DNA of 64,000 nucleotides from Ruditapes philippinarum (Eukaryota): NCBI RefSeq assembly GCF_026571515.1, contig NW_026858977.1, positions 124,001 to 188,000 of the forward strand, read 5' to 3'. Shown piece by piece: positions 27,570 to 38,396 of this stretch (position 1 is its first letter; each line of letters starts with the position of its first letter). The notes under the pieces were generated by a model. It saw only the letters and a program-made list of their open reading frames with translations, ran no database searches and was not told where the DNA came from. The position numbers and the translations under genes were made by a program.

Positions 27570-29520
27570 ATGGCAAACGATCTCATCGACAGTTATATTA
27601 AAATAACAGTTGAAGATGAGATACATTCTGAATTTCTTACAATTGTGGACTGTTTAAAGCATTACGCAAACACTCAGTCTGAGACTGAGGCTTTCGTCTT
27701 TGCGTCAACGGACGGTTCAAGGCAATCTGTAACATGGAGTGAGTTGTACAATAAGTCTAAAGCTGTCGCGAAGTCGTTTGTTCATCTAGGAGTAAAGGAA
27801 AAGGAGGTTGTAGCTATGAACATAAGGAATTGTCCGGAATGGCTTTACGCCAGTTATGGAGCTATAATTGCCGGAGCAATTCCAATCAGCGTATCGTTTA
27901 CGTACGTCGATGGAAGTGACCTTGTGGCATTGATGGAAAAATTGCAGATTTGTTCACTACTGGTCATGGATCCAGGTCTCGAGAATATAAATTGGGAAAT
28001 TGTACGAAGACTCCTAGATAATTTTAACGCTAATGGTACTGTAAAAAGTAGTAAAATGCCTTATCTTCGGTATTTGGTCGGCGTCTCATTCGATCAGGTC
28101 GATGCTCAACTTCAGAAATTCATTGACCTTGTTCATGACATCAAGTCTGGTATTACTCTTCCAAAAGTAAGTGCAAAAGATACAATTTCACTTTTCCAAA
28201 CGTCAGGAAGTACCGGAGTGCCAAAACTTGTTGCTCATAGTCATGAAGCCTTTTTTAAATGTGTCACAGGAAAACATGCTGAATATTTGGACGCCAAATA
28301 CAAACATTTCAACGATCGCCCATTTGCATGGCTTGGTGGATATCCTTTATCAGTTATCACAGGGCAAACAAGGGTCGCGATTTCTGGATTTTGCAAACCC
28401 CCAAAAGATAGAGTTTCATTTATGATAGAGGTGATTCAGCGAGAGAGATGTTCATCAATAGTTGCACTCCCTCCATTGATGCATGAGCTAATTAAACGGC
28501 AGGTAAAAATTAATCACATGTATATTGATGAAAAAAACTATTTTAAATCATGTCATTCAAATAAGACCCTTGAACTTGCTATGATTTGTTATGAAATTGC
28601 AGATATACCATGTTAGTTATTTTATATTTTATTGTTTATTCGATGTCAAGTAATATGGAAACATTGTTAACGTTCAACAAGACAAAAACAGAAAATAATG
28701 CATTGGCGATTTAAGATTTTTAAAAATGTTATATTAAAAATTTGGATGCATTTTGTTACAGAGTGATCTACCCTCAGATTGGCCAGTAATTATCATAGCA
28801 AGTGGTGGTCAGCCTATGACGAAGAAAATCACATCGTGCATTGGAAAAAGCTGCAAATATCTTCTTTGTATGTATGCTGCCACAGAGTTTGTTTACCTTG
28901 CAAAGTCTTTGATCGCTGATCCTGAAAACTTCACAGAATATTCATGTGGGAAACCCATGCAGTTTCCTGGACTGGAAATAAAAATTGTCAATGACGATGG
29001 AAAAATTGTCCCAGTCAACACAAGAGGTGAAATATACTGCCGCTCACCAGCACTGTTCAAAGAATATTTCAACGACCCAATAAAAACTAATGCCGTGAAA
29101 TCGGTAGACGGATGGTTCAGAACTGATGATATAGGCAGATTAACCGAATGTGGAGAACTTTTTGTTGAAGGCCGAAAGTCCAACATGATACTTTCAGGTG
29201 GATTCAACGTGGCTCCTGAAATTCTGGAACAAGTGATGAAGAATTTCCCCGGTGTTGAGGGTGTAGTTATCGTACCTGTCCCCGACGATATTTACTTCCA
29301 GGTATTGTGCGCATGCGTTGTGAAGAAAGCAGGAAGTGACGTGACAGAAGAAGAGCTTCGAGAAGTTTGCTCCAATTACCATGCCGACAAGCCAGGGTTA
29401 TTCACAGTCCTTCCAAAATTTTATTTGTTCTTTGAAAAATATCCAGAAACAAGCACTGGAAAGCTGAATCGAAAAGAGCTTGAAAAGATTGCAAATCAGC
29501 GTTTCAAATCTACGTCATAG
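27570..29520 (+). CDS. Acyl-CoA synthetase copy 4; exons 27570-28502 and 28762-29520, 563 aa
   Basis: Intact frame, QTSGSTGVPK, YAATE, WFRTDDIG, PETSTGK; 259-bp phase-0 intron. Confidence 0.92.
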
Positions 29521-30834
29521 ATATACTTTCGTAGCTAAATGCAATTCGTTTGATTTTAGACAATGTATCAGCTAGTTATAATGGCTGATATTGTGTCTAC
29601 GCAAGACGTCAATGTATTTTGTGTTTAAAACATAGGTCTTCTTAAGCAGTATACTTGGATTATCTGTTTTCATATTCGTATGTATTGTTAACTATTTTTA
29701 TTTTAATTTATCGTTTATCCTTATACATGTAGTACTGGTCTGAAAGCAATGTATTTAAAGTTCAGTTCTTCTGATGTTTTGCATATAACGCATTTTATTT
29801 AGGAGCCGTTTTTTGATCACACTTAATCAGGACTTGGATAAGATAACAGTTATTGCTACTTAACATAGTTATTTATTCTGAATATTCAAGGTCACGGAAT
29901 AGGGTACACTAAAATAGCGTGTGTGTTTATGTAATATATTTGTCTTAAACACTCCTATGAATAAAATAAAGTCATTGTATTATCAAGACATTCTATGTTC
30001 TGAAATGTATTCCACTAAACAGTTGATTGCATAACTTAAAAAATGTTTTGTATTTATTGCACACTGTTAAATGTTCTTGTTTTGAGCTCTTCATTTTACC
30101 AATGGTCTGAAAACCTTCTATTCATTTCTTCTTATGTTTAACATAATGTGATACTTAGTTAAGGAGACGTTTCCGATCAGATTGGATCTGTTAAAGGACT
30201 TTGAGATAACAGTTTTTTATTGCTTCTTAAACTTCTTAAACACAACAGTTATTTTCTAAACGTTCAAAATCAGTTACGGTTATGCATTGTTTCATAGGAG
30301 TGCGCTTACAATAATTCTGTGATATTTTTTATATATATGGTCAAACCTGTGGTAAATATCAAATGAGAACAAAGACCATCCTGTAAATAAAGGTCAGTTG
30401 TTGACAACACTTCCTGAATCCAATAGCACATAGAAATCTCCAAATAAAGACCATTTGTCTATAAAGGCCACATTTGTAATGTGACCATTGGTCACATGTC
30501 TGACTGTATATGTAATATATTTGTCCTTTGCACTGTTCAAGAGAATAAAATGATATAAGTAATAGAAAGAGCATTGAAACACGAGGCTTTCTGATGGTAC
30601 TATATGATTTTATAAATAAGTTATCGTGTTATAAAGAAATGATATGTTCTTAATTGCGTTCCACAAAACATTTCGTCACATAATAAATTAATAATTGTAA
30701 TTATGCAAATACTTAATAACATTGTTGTGAGCGTCTTACAAAAGCCCATTGTCGGATACCCTCGGCCGAACCATTAAAAATTACCGTGAGTTTCCGACGA
30801 TGACAAAAGCCGAATAGTGTTTTTTCGAACAATT

Positions 30835-31075
30835 AAGTATATCTCGTAATTACTAGATATCAAATCGGAATAACAAAATAATATCTTAATAAGGATCACG
30901 TTATAACAAATTGTATTGCATAATCATGACATAGTATCTCGTTTTTAGAGTAAGATGTTTTATCTCGCAATTACGACATAGTCTGAAGGACAATGTTCTC
31001 ATAAATACGAGATACCATGTTGTGATAACAAGATAAATCTCTCGTTATTACGACTTAAGATCTCGCAATAAGGTT
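30835..31075. repeat. Degenerate array of about 20-bp palindromic units (ATCTCGTAATTACGAGAT-like), probable transposon remnant
   Basis: Repeated TCTCGTAATTAC, TCTCGCAATTACGAC, TCTCGTTATTACGAC and TACGAGATA motifs. Confidence 0.5.
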
Positions 31076-31544
31076 ACAATCTGTTCAAAAAAGTATTTAT
31101 ATGAGCAAATGCTCAAGGGAAGAACCGAGCCTAACTTACTTACGGTAACGTTTACCATCACTCATAAAGAGTGTGTCTGGGTGGGGGGGGGATAAGGCAG
31201 TAGAATGATGAAAGGGAATAAGATATTTACCAGGGATAACATATTATAGTATACAAGACATGCTTGTAAAATAGAGGGAAATAAAGAATCCATAAAGAAC
31301 GCAAAAAACAGCAAAATTGAAAATGCTGCAGGCTCGGTTACACTGTGTAAATGTTCCACCGTCCACGCTCTTTAATTAGCACGTACCGGTTATTAACACT
31401 ACATATTTCAAGCAAAATTGGTACATATTTGTAGTCCGTGATTCGCAAAACGAGCTTATTTAAAATTCTTATATAAACTTACGTAAATAATTTTAAAAGA
31501 CGCAAAGCCTATGGAATTTATTATTATGGATTTTTAAATATGGC

Positions 31545-32012
31545 TGCATGACACCAGCTTAGGATCGGTTTTTGGTCGCTAAGGCACATCGTGCAGGTTA
31601 TCGACAGGAATTTCTCTTCGAAATGACCTTGCCAATGCTGCGGGGGGTCCGTGTTTCGTAGAAGACTTCATGAAGGTAATTTGCGGTTGAGAAGACCTTG
31701 CAAACGTCACGTCGACACCGTTTGGAATGGACCATGGAGCATACTCGGTAGATCATGCAACATTGGAGACACGTTCTGTTCACTAAAGAATCCAGGCTCT
31801 GCCTAGACTTCACAGATAGGTGTGCTAGAGTCTGTTATGGTGTGGGGAGGCATCAGCTGGGACGGACAAACCGATCTGGTTGTGCTAAATAGGGGCACAT
31901 TGACAGGCCAGCGATACATAGACGACATCTTAGACAACCAGGTTAGCTAGGTTGTATGCTTGCACAATCGGCGATCAGCTCATTCTAATGGACGATAATG
32001 CTCGCCCCACGC
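31545..32012 (+). mobile_element. Decayed Tc1/mariner (Tc1-type) transposase fragment
   Basis: Broken frames read RRRLHEGNLRLRRP, RRHRLEW...WRHVLFTKESRLCL, SVMVWGGISWDGQTDLVVLNRGTLTGQRYIDDILD and LILMDDNARPH, matching Tc1 motifs (W..VLFSDES, VMVWG, QDNA..H); stops and frameshifts present. Confidence 0.85.
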
Positions 32013-32216
32013 TCTTTAAGCACCCTGACCGGTTGTTAACGCTTCACATTTCAAGCAAAGATGGTAATATTTGTAGTCCGTGATGCGCAAAACGAGCTAA
32101 TTTCATATTTATAAATATATATACCTACGTAAATAATTTTAAAAGATGCAAAGCCTATGAAATTTATTATCATAGATATATATAAGTATGGCAACAAGAC
32201 AAAATTTGTCAGTGTT

Positions 32217-34323
32217 TTAGCCAACCACATCGCATGTATTAAATTTGCATCTGTACTCATAACCAGACTGGAAGAAGAAAAACATGACACAGTGAGTTTG
32301 CCTCATATCATAATGCAGTAAGTACTTTAACAATACCATTAAGAAATTTAATTTAAAACTTATTTCAGAAATTTGCGTTATAAAAATAAAATATTTTCTG
32401 AATCAGATAAATATCAAAATACTTAAACATGTATATATGCCATATTTCATACAAATAAAAGTAAACACTTGAGAGAAGACTCATGAAACCGTATCACCTT
32501 ATATGTGGCAGAGTGGTTAAGCTCGTTGACTTAAAACAACTTGCCCGTCAACGCTGTTGGTTCGAATCCCGAAAGGAACTTGAAAACTATCAATCTAGCT
32601 TACAGAATGTCGATGTAGAACACACAGGTGCCGAAATAATACGTGGATGCGCATTTAAGGTCTATCTCCACTAGCATAGCTGAAAAGTCGCCATATGACC
32701 TTAATAGTGTGGTGCGATGTGAAACCCAACAAGAAATGTATGAACTAAACGAGTATCCTTACCCCGTGACAGTAGCATATTCCAGCGCAAGCACCAACCC
32801 ATCCCACACAACCACCATTAATGCAATTAGGATGGTCACACTTTGGTGGATTTCTGGTCATGATACAAGAGCCATCGGGAGCTGGTATGCACTTTTTTGA
32901 ACGTGATTCTGTGTTTAGACAGGGTTTTAAGAGATATTTCAAACATGAGAAAAATCACGCTCAAGCTAAAATGTTATATATCTGGTCAATGTCTCTTTTT
33001 CATGATCATATAGCGTAATACTTTTGTTGTTTCAATTAAATATTAAATCAATGATAAATGTTCACATATTGTGGTTAATAAACTGCAAATTAGACAAAGT
33101 CAGCTTTATAAGGAAAACTCCTTTTTTGTTTTACTAATTTATGTCTATTCCGTCAAATGTTGGCTCCGTCAAACTATTTCTTTTCCCTTTTAAGAATGAT
33201 CATAAGTTTATATATTTTATATTGATATTTTAGGTTATATTAAATATAGGTTACAAAAATAAGGTTAAACTTTAAACAGTGTTTGAGGTTATATTTTAAT
33301 GTATCTTTGCTGACATTGTCCTAAAATGCTCAAAATATATCCATATTTCAAATTCTATGTTGTCACAGCTAGACATACATTTACTAGGTACATGATAACG
33401 TCCATTCATACTATTTATGATTTAACTGCAATAAATTCATAATTTTATTTAAATGTTCGATTTTCGGAAGCAAATTCAGTAAAACTTTGCTACCAAATGG
33501 AAATAAAGGTGGAATATTGATCAAAGTACTGGCTCTACAACATGCATGTATTTCGAAACCTGTGAAATAATTATGAAGTAAGAAAATTAAGGCAGTGCGG
33601 ACCACCAAATCTGGACGACCATCAAACCTAAAACGCCTGGTTTAGTTGTTTTCTTTGTTCAGTGGCTGTCGATCAAACAGTCGCTTTTTATTAAAAATAA
33701 ATGCATGTTTCTTTTATAATTAATTCATTAAACTGAGTTTAACTTCCCTAATTGTGAATAATTGTATGCCTATAACAAGGACGTTGATGTTGAAATTCTG
33801 ATAAAAGAGTGAAATACCTGACCAGTTTAACTAGATATAATCACTTGCTTAGTAAACGAAAGAACACTCAAAATTTCAGCATATGCTGCTGTAATATTGT
33901 ATATTATATGTATATTAAAATGAAATAACAAATCAACCAAGCGATTATTTGAGTCAGACATATCTGTCCGCACACATAGAACTTTTGTGAGGTCAATTTA
34001 GGCAATTTTGAAACCCCTGTACGGTTCTCAAATACAAATGTTAACAAAATCGGAAATAAACAAATTAGCTCTTCAGTTTGGAGAAGAAGTGAGCCAAACT
34101 TCCAGGTATTGTGAAATCTGTATGAAAATGTGTTCGAAAAGTGCCCGGTTGATGGTCCCTGACCAGTCGAGAAACGGGTATCTATCAAATAAATAAATAA
34201 AACACGAGAAAAGGTAATGCAATTAGTTTAAAAAGTACCGCCATTTACTAATGAGAAAGAATAAGAATTTGTGACATAGATTAGGAGAACAATGTAAATA
34301 ATGTACATCGATAAACGTTCCAT
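32217..34323 (-). CDS. Secreted cysteine-rich peptide precursor A, 93 aa; exons 34323-34239, 32908-32763, 32267-32217
   Basis: MERLSMYIIYIVLLIYVTNSYSFSLVNG|ESRSKK-CIPAPDGSCIMTRNPPKCDHPNCINGGCVGWVGACAGICYCHG|SGYEYRCKFNTCDVVG*; GT-AG introns in phases 1 and 0; AATAAA at 32168-32163. Confidence 0.88.
32496..32735 (+). mobile_element. tRNA-derived SINE in intron 2 of peptide gene A (antisense to the gene)
   Basis: A box TGGCAGAGTGG (32506-32516), B box GGTTCGAATCC, 3' region AAAGTCGCCATATGACC...AAACCCAACAAGAAA; absent from intron 2 of gene B. Confidence 0.75.
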
Positions 34324-34377
34324 TGTTGTACGTGTGTGAGACACAGCAATTTGATAAATAATACGACGGTCTGCTAC

Positions 34378-34386
34378 TATTTTATA
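34378..34386 (-). promoter_or_regulatory. TATA box of peptide gene A (TATAAAATA)
   Basis: About 55 nt upstream of the ATG; equivalent boxes occur in genes B and C. Confidence 0.65.
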
Positions 34387-35138
34387 TGCCATTTGTTTAC
34401 GTGCCTACGTGATTTCGTACATGTCTACAAGTGTTGGCTGAAAAATAAAATTATGAAAAACTGGCAGGTCTATTCCGTCGTATTAGATTTTTGAAGTTCG
34501 TGTATTTCGATAACATATTCGTATATCATTGTAATAGCTTTTTAATAACACCAAGTAACATCATGAAGTGCAGATGAGTATTTTACTTTCCTTATCATAC
34601 ACCTAATATAATTTCCACCAAACACTTCGACGAATGCACCGTCATGCCTATAGTTGGGGTTCCAGTTTGTCAACTTTTTATGTGCTTCTGTTCGGCAAAT
34701 CAAACAGTTGATATTATCGAAACACGATCGAGTATGAAATAGCGCGTATGTTATGAATATGCAAAAAATATCAACGTTATGTCATGCTATAAGGATATTT
34801 ATGCTACTTGGGCCAAGATTTTATCTTATATTAAAAGATGTTGACAATGTGTACATGTCTGAAGAGTGTACAGGCTGGCGGTCTGGGAATGCTTCAGGTC
34901 GCGGAATGCGACTTTCTTTTCTAGATAGCGGGAAGCGGACATCATGTGACATTCGGATTTTCACAACGTTTACTTTACAAACAATATTGTCCCTGTGAGT
35001 GTCCTCTACATGGCTTTTCATTCTTATCAGATGTAGGTGAAGGGTGAAAATTTAGGTTGTAAGATATCTGCTTGCTCCATATCTTTTAAACAGGTCAATG
35101 TAAATCTGTTCAACTTATCTCATCGACACGTGTGTTAA

Positions 35139-35965
35139 CCCTTTAAATATTCTCCTATAATTTCTATCGTAATCTACCATAATCAAAAATATCACAATTA
35201 TAAAATTCACATGTAGAATAAGTTGAACCTTTATTTGTCTGTATTAATGCATTAAATTCTACTATAGTTATACCAATTTAAACACCAAACGTTACAGTAG
35301 AATCATAATAACATGTATATCATTGAAATATAAAGACTTCATATAATGCTGATATAGTCTTTTTTTAGTCCTTTTAACTTATTTACAGTTGTAAAAGCCT
35401 CCTCTTACAAGTTCAAATTGCTATAATACTATAAAAACTGCTTCAACACTAATCAAACTTGGCACAAATGTTGACGGGACCATTGCCCTGCAACAACATG
35501 CTCAGGCTTAAATTTTCTGTTACCATGGCAACGAGGGGACATCTCAAAATTGCCAAAATTCACTATTTTGCGTTGATTTTTTCCATCCAAATTGATTTCA
35601 AAGTGCTGCAACTTCTCAATGGATTGAGATAGAGTCAAATGCTTTTCAGCGTTGGTTACATGTTACCTTATGATCAATCTGGGGTCATTTATAGCCTCTC
35701 ACAAGTCCAAAATTTTCTTGGCGATGAGGGGGACTCCGCCCCCCTTCAAACCACCCAAACAGAAGGGGGCACATTCCCCCTTCTGGCAACCCCCTGATGT
35801 ATCTTTTGGCTGGGGGCCGCTCCGAAAAAGTGGTCACTTTTTTAACAACATTTCTCAAACAAAAACAAGTGTTGGGGGCCTAAATAAGGCATTTTTTCAC
35901 CATTTGAGACAACAAAAAAGTAGGGGTGAAAAAGGCGTTATAAGGCGTGTATATCGCGTAATGGG
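35139..35965. mobile_element. Putative non-autonomous piggyBac-like element
   Basis: TTAA|CCCTTTA ... TAATGGG|TTAA (TTAA at 35135-35138 and 35966-35969); the TIR match is short and there is no transposase ORF. Confidence 0.45.
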
Positions 35966-36573
35966 TTAATTAAACGATACGTTAAATATGTTCCATTGAA
36001 AGAAAGACAACTCGCTGTTCTTAACGTAGATCTTTACTATAGAGTGAACTTTGAGGAAAACAAAAACGTGACTAATATGTGGAAATTGACGACTTATTTT
36101 GTAAGTGATATAACAATGCATTGTAGAACGGTGACCATGATGCAATAAAACAAAACATAAATCAGTTTCTCGGGCTTACAATGAATCTACTATGTGATTC
36201 CTTAGTTATTTTACATATGTTGAAAGGCACACCAGTTACTTGCCCCGCCTTTGTGCCATCTGCTAGCTAATTTTTATTAGGTTACGTACTGGGTGCTTTT
36301 CCCGATTGTCGGCGGGTGTTAATTGTCGTTTTGGTCTTTTTTTTATTATTTCAACATATAGAATTACTGGTAACAATAAATTCACGCTGAAAAAAATTAA
36401 ATACAGCCAATGACGGCCGGCTTATTTTATACACAAGAAATCTTTTATTTGTCTGAATAATTTGTTTTATTTTCAAAAGAATGTTGACATAGAAATATAA
36501 ACATGTATTTGAAAGTTGCAATATTTATTGACATAAATACATAATACATGTATAAAGTCATTTCTCGGTATTT

Positions 36574-37683
36574 TTATCCAACCACGTCACAATAACGCAA
36601 TCTGCATCTGTACTCATACCCCGACTGGAAGAAGAAAAAATATCAAAATACGGTTAAATTGACTCATATGTACAATACAAAAATGGAATTAAAAAGAAAT
36701 TACATACCTAATTCAATACACTGTATCATATGGGTCAAAACATTTCCCGAATCAGATGCACATACAAAAATAGATATTCCTTAAAAATAAACAAATAAGA
36801 AGAGACACGTCCTTGTTCTTACTCTTTATTTGTAAATAAAAACACTATCCTTACCCCGTAACAGTAGCATATACCAGCACAAGCACCCTTCCATCCAACA
36901 CAACCCCCATTTATGCAATTAGGATGGTCACAATGAGGCGGGTTTCTACCAATGATGCAAGATCCATCTTGAGCCGTCATGCACCTCTTTAAACGTGATT
37001 CTGTAATTATGCATAATTGAAATGTTATTTCTTACACAAGAAAAACATCAACAAAATGTTCAAAATAAACCATTGTCTTGATTAATACCCTAGTTATTTT
37101 CATATTTTAAAAAATATCCAAATTATTTAGAAATCAATGAAAACTATACCACTAGATTACACAATTTGTATTACAAAAGCTGTAAAAAAGCCAAAGTAAC
37201 CGTAGCACAATGCAGAAAATTAATTCAAATGTAGTCATTTCGTAAATAATTCTTCAAATTTTGGCTCACTTCTACCTTTTTATCTCTTATACGTGACTTT
37301 AGATAATATCACAGTATCTTCGCTGATATCACAGTAAAATGCTTGAAACTTGAAAGAATAACCACTCAGCTCAACATATGAAGCTGATAATATTCATGCC
37401 TATACCTTTCTTAACAATACTAAATATATCCACATATTTCAATATTCTGATTTTGTAGATCATACTTCCTACTCTAAAGAAAGAAAGTAAAGCTGAAATA
37501 ATCCTCTTAGTGTATATTCCATAACTCATACACCGTGAACTATAAAGTAAGACACAAGAATGTTAAAGAACAAATGGAAAAGAATTGTATAAGTAAATAA
37601 AACTTACCACCGTTTGGCAATGAGAATGAATAAGCACTGCAAACAAAGGCCAGAAAAATGATGCAACCCAATAAACGTTTCAT
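36574..37683 (-). CDS. Secreted cysteine-rich peptide precursor B, 90 aa; exons 37683-37608, 37000-36855, 36624-36574
   Basis: MKRLLGCIIFLAFVCSAYSFSLPNG|ESRLKR-CMTAQDGSCIIGRNPPHCDHPNCINGGCVGWKGACAGICYCYG|SGYEYRCRLRYCDVVG*; GTAAG donors, CAG acceptors; AATAAA at 36529-36524. Not in the ORF track. Confidence 0.92.
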
Positions 37684-37730
37684 TTTTTCATTTTGAGTTT
37701 TTGATTCGTTATGCAGCACCTTCTGTGTCT

Positions 37731-37738
37731 TATTTATA
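37731..37738 (-). promoter_or_regulatory. TATA box of peptide gene B (TATAAATA)
   Basis: About 48 nt upstream of the ATG. Confidence 0.65.
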
Positions 37739-38255
37739 CGCCGCCGTTATCGTACCATCGTGATTAAATACCTTTTGGCATATATGGGCTGTATAATATG
37801 TTTCTATAGTCATTTTGTCATGATAGTCAACCTTCGTATTACAGATTATATGATCTAAATATAGCTGCAATCTCATTGGTCCAAACAGTAGTCAACAGAA
37901 CTTTTTATAAAATCATATTCACTGGGTGTAGTATCATATTCACTGGCTGAATTGGATTTTCCCAGTCTAAAAATAGATTGAGACTCATATTCAATGACCA
38001 TCTGTTAAAAAACAATTGTTGTGTTTTGTTCTTAATGGCATATTTCTCGATTAAAATATCATTACTTTACTATTATACTTAAAGGCTACAACGCAATGAT
38101 GAGTATAAACTTGAATTACTTTTGAAGTAGTCGTTGCACGCCTAACACGTGCGTCTTTTTCCCCGCTCTTCAACGAGGCAAAATTTGTACATGTATGTAA
38201 GGTTGTACTTTTTGTGAATTTTAAAAAAAAGTCTTCGCCTATTCATATAATAAAA

Positions 38256-38396
38256 CAATTATTAACTAGTGAGCCATTGAATATGATGCGATATTCACCG
38301 GCAGAAAGCCATATTGACCTCGGCTATCGCCTCGGTCAGTATGTCATCTGCCGGTGAATATCACATCATATTCAATGGCTCACTAGTCAATAATTG
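38256..38396. mobile_element. Foldback/palindromic element upstream of peptide gene B
   Basis: About 60-bp near-perfect arms (ACTAGTGAGCCATTGAATATGATG...TATTCACCGGCAGA / TCTGCCGGTGAATA...CATCATATTCAATGGCTCACTAGT); centre reads CCGAGGCGATAGCCGAGG on the minus strand. Confidence 0.7.

Larger units (their letters stand above)
21095..29340. repeat. About 4.2-kb near-identical tandem segmental duplication (period 4225 bp between the copy 3 and copy 4 ATGs)
   Basis: 21095-25100 aligns by eye to 25295-29340, including the intergenic spacer, SINE, hairpin insertion, exon 1 and intron. Confidence 0.9.

Noticed and set aside
11203-29382. Repeated antisense or alternate-frame ORFs (11203, 13657, 18310, 20383, 23946, 24667, 28171, 28893 and similar)
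   Set aside because: Shadows of the duplicated ACS exons; they recur only because the genes are duplicated.
32745-32942. ORF-track single-exon versions of the peptides (also 39871-40056)
   Set aside because: Their ends are intron read-through; the spliced three-exon models explain the conserved splice sites and supply signal peptides.
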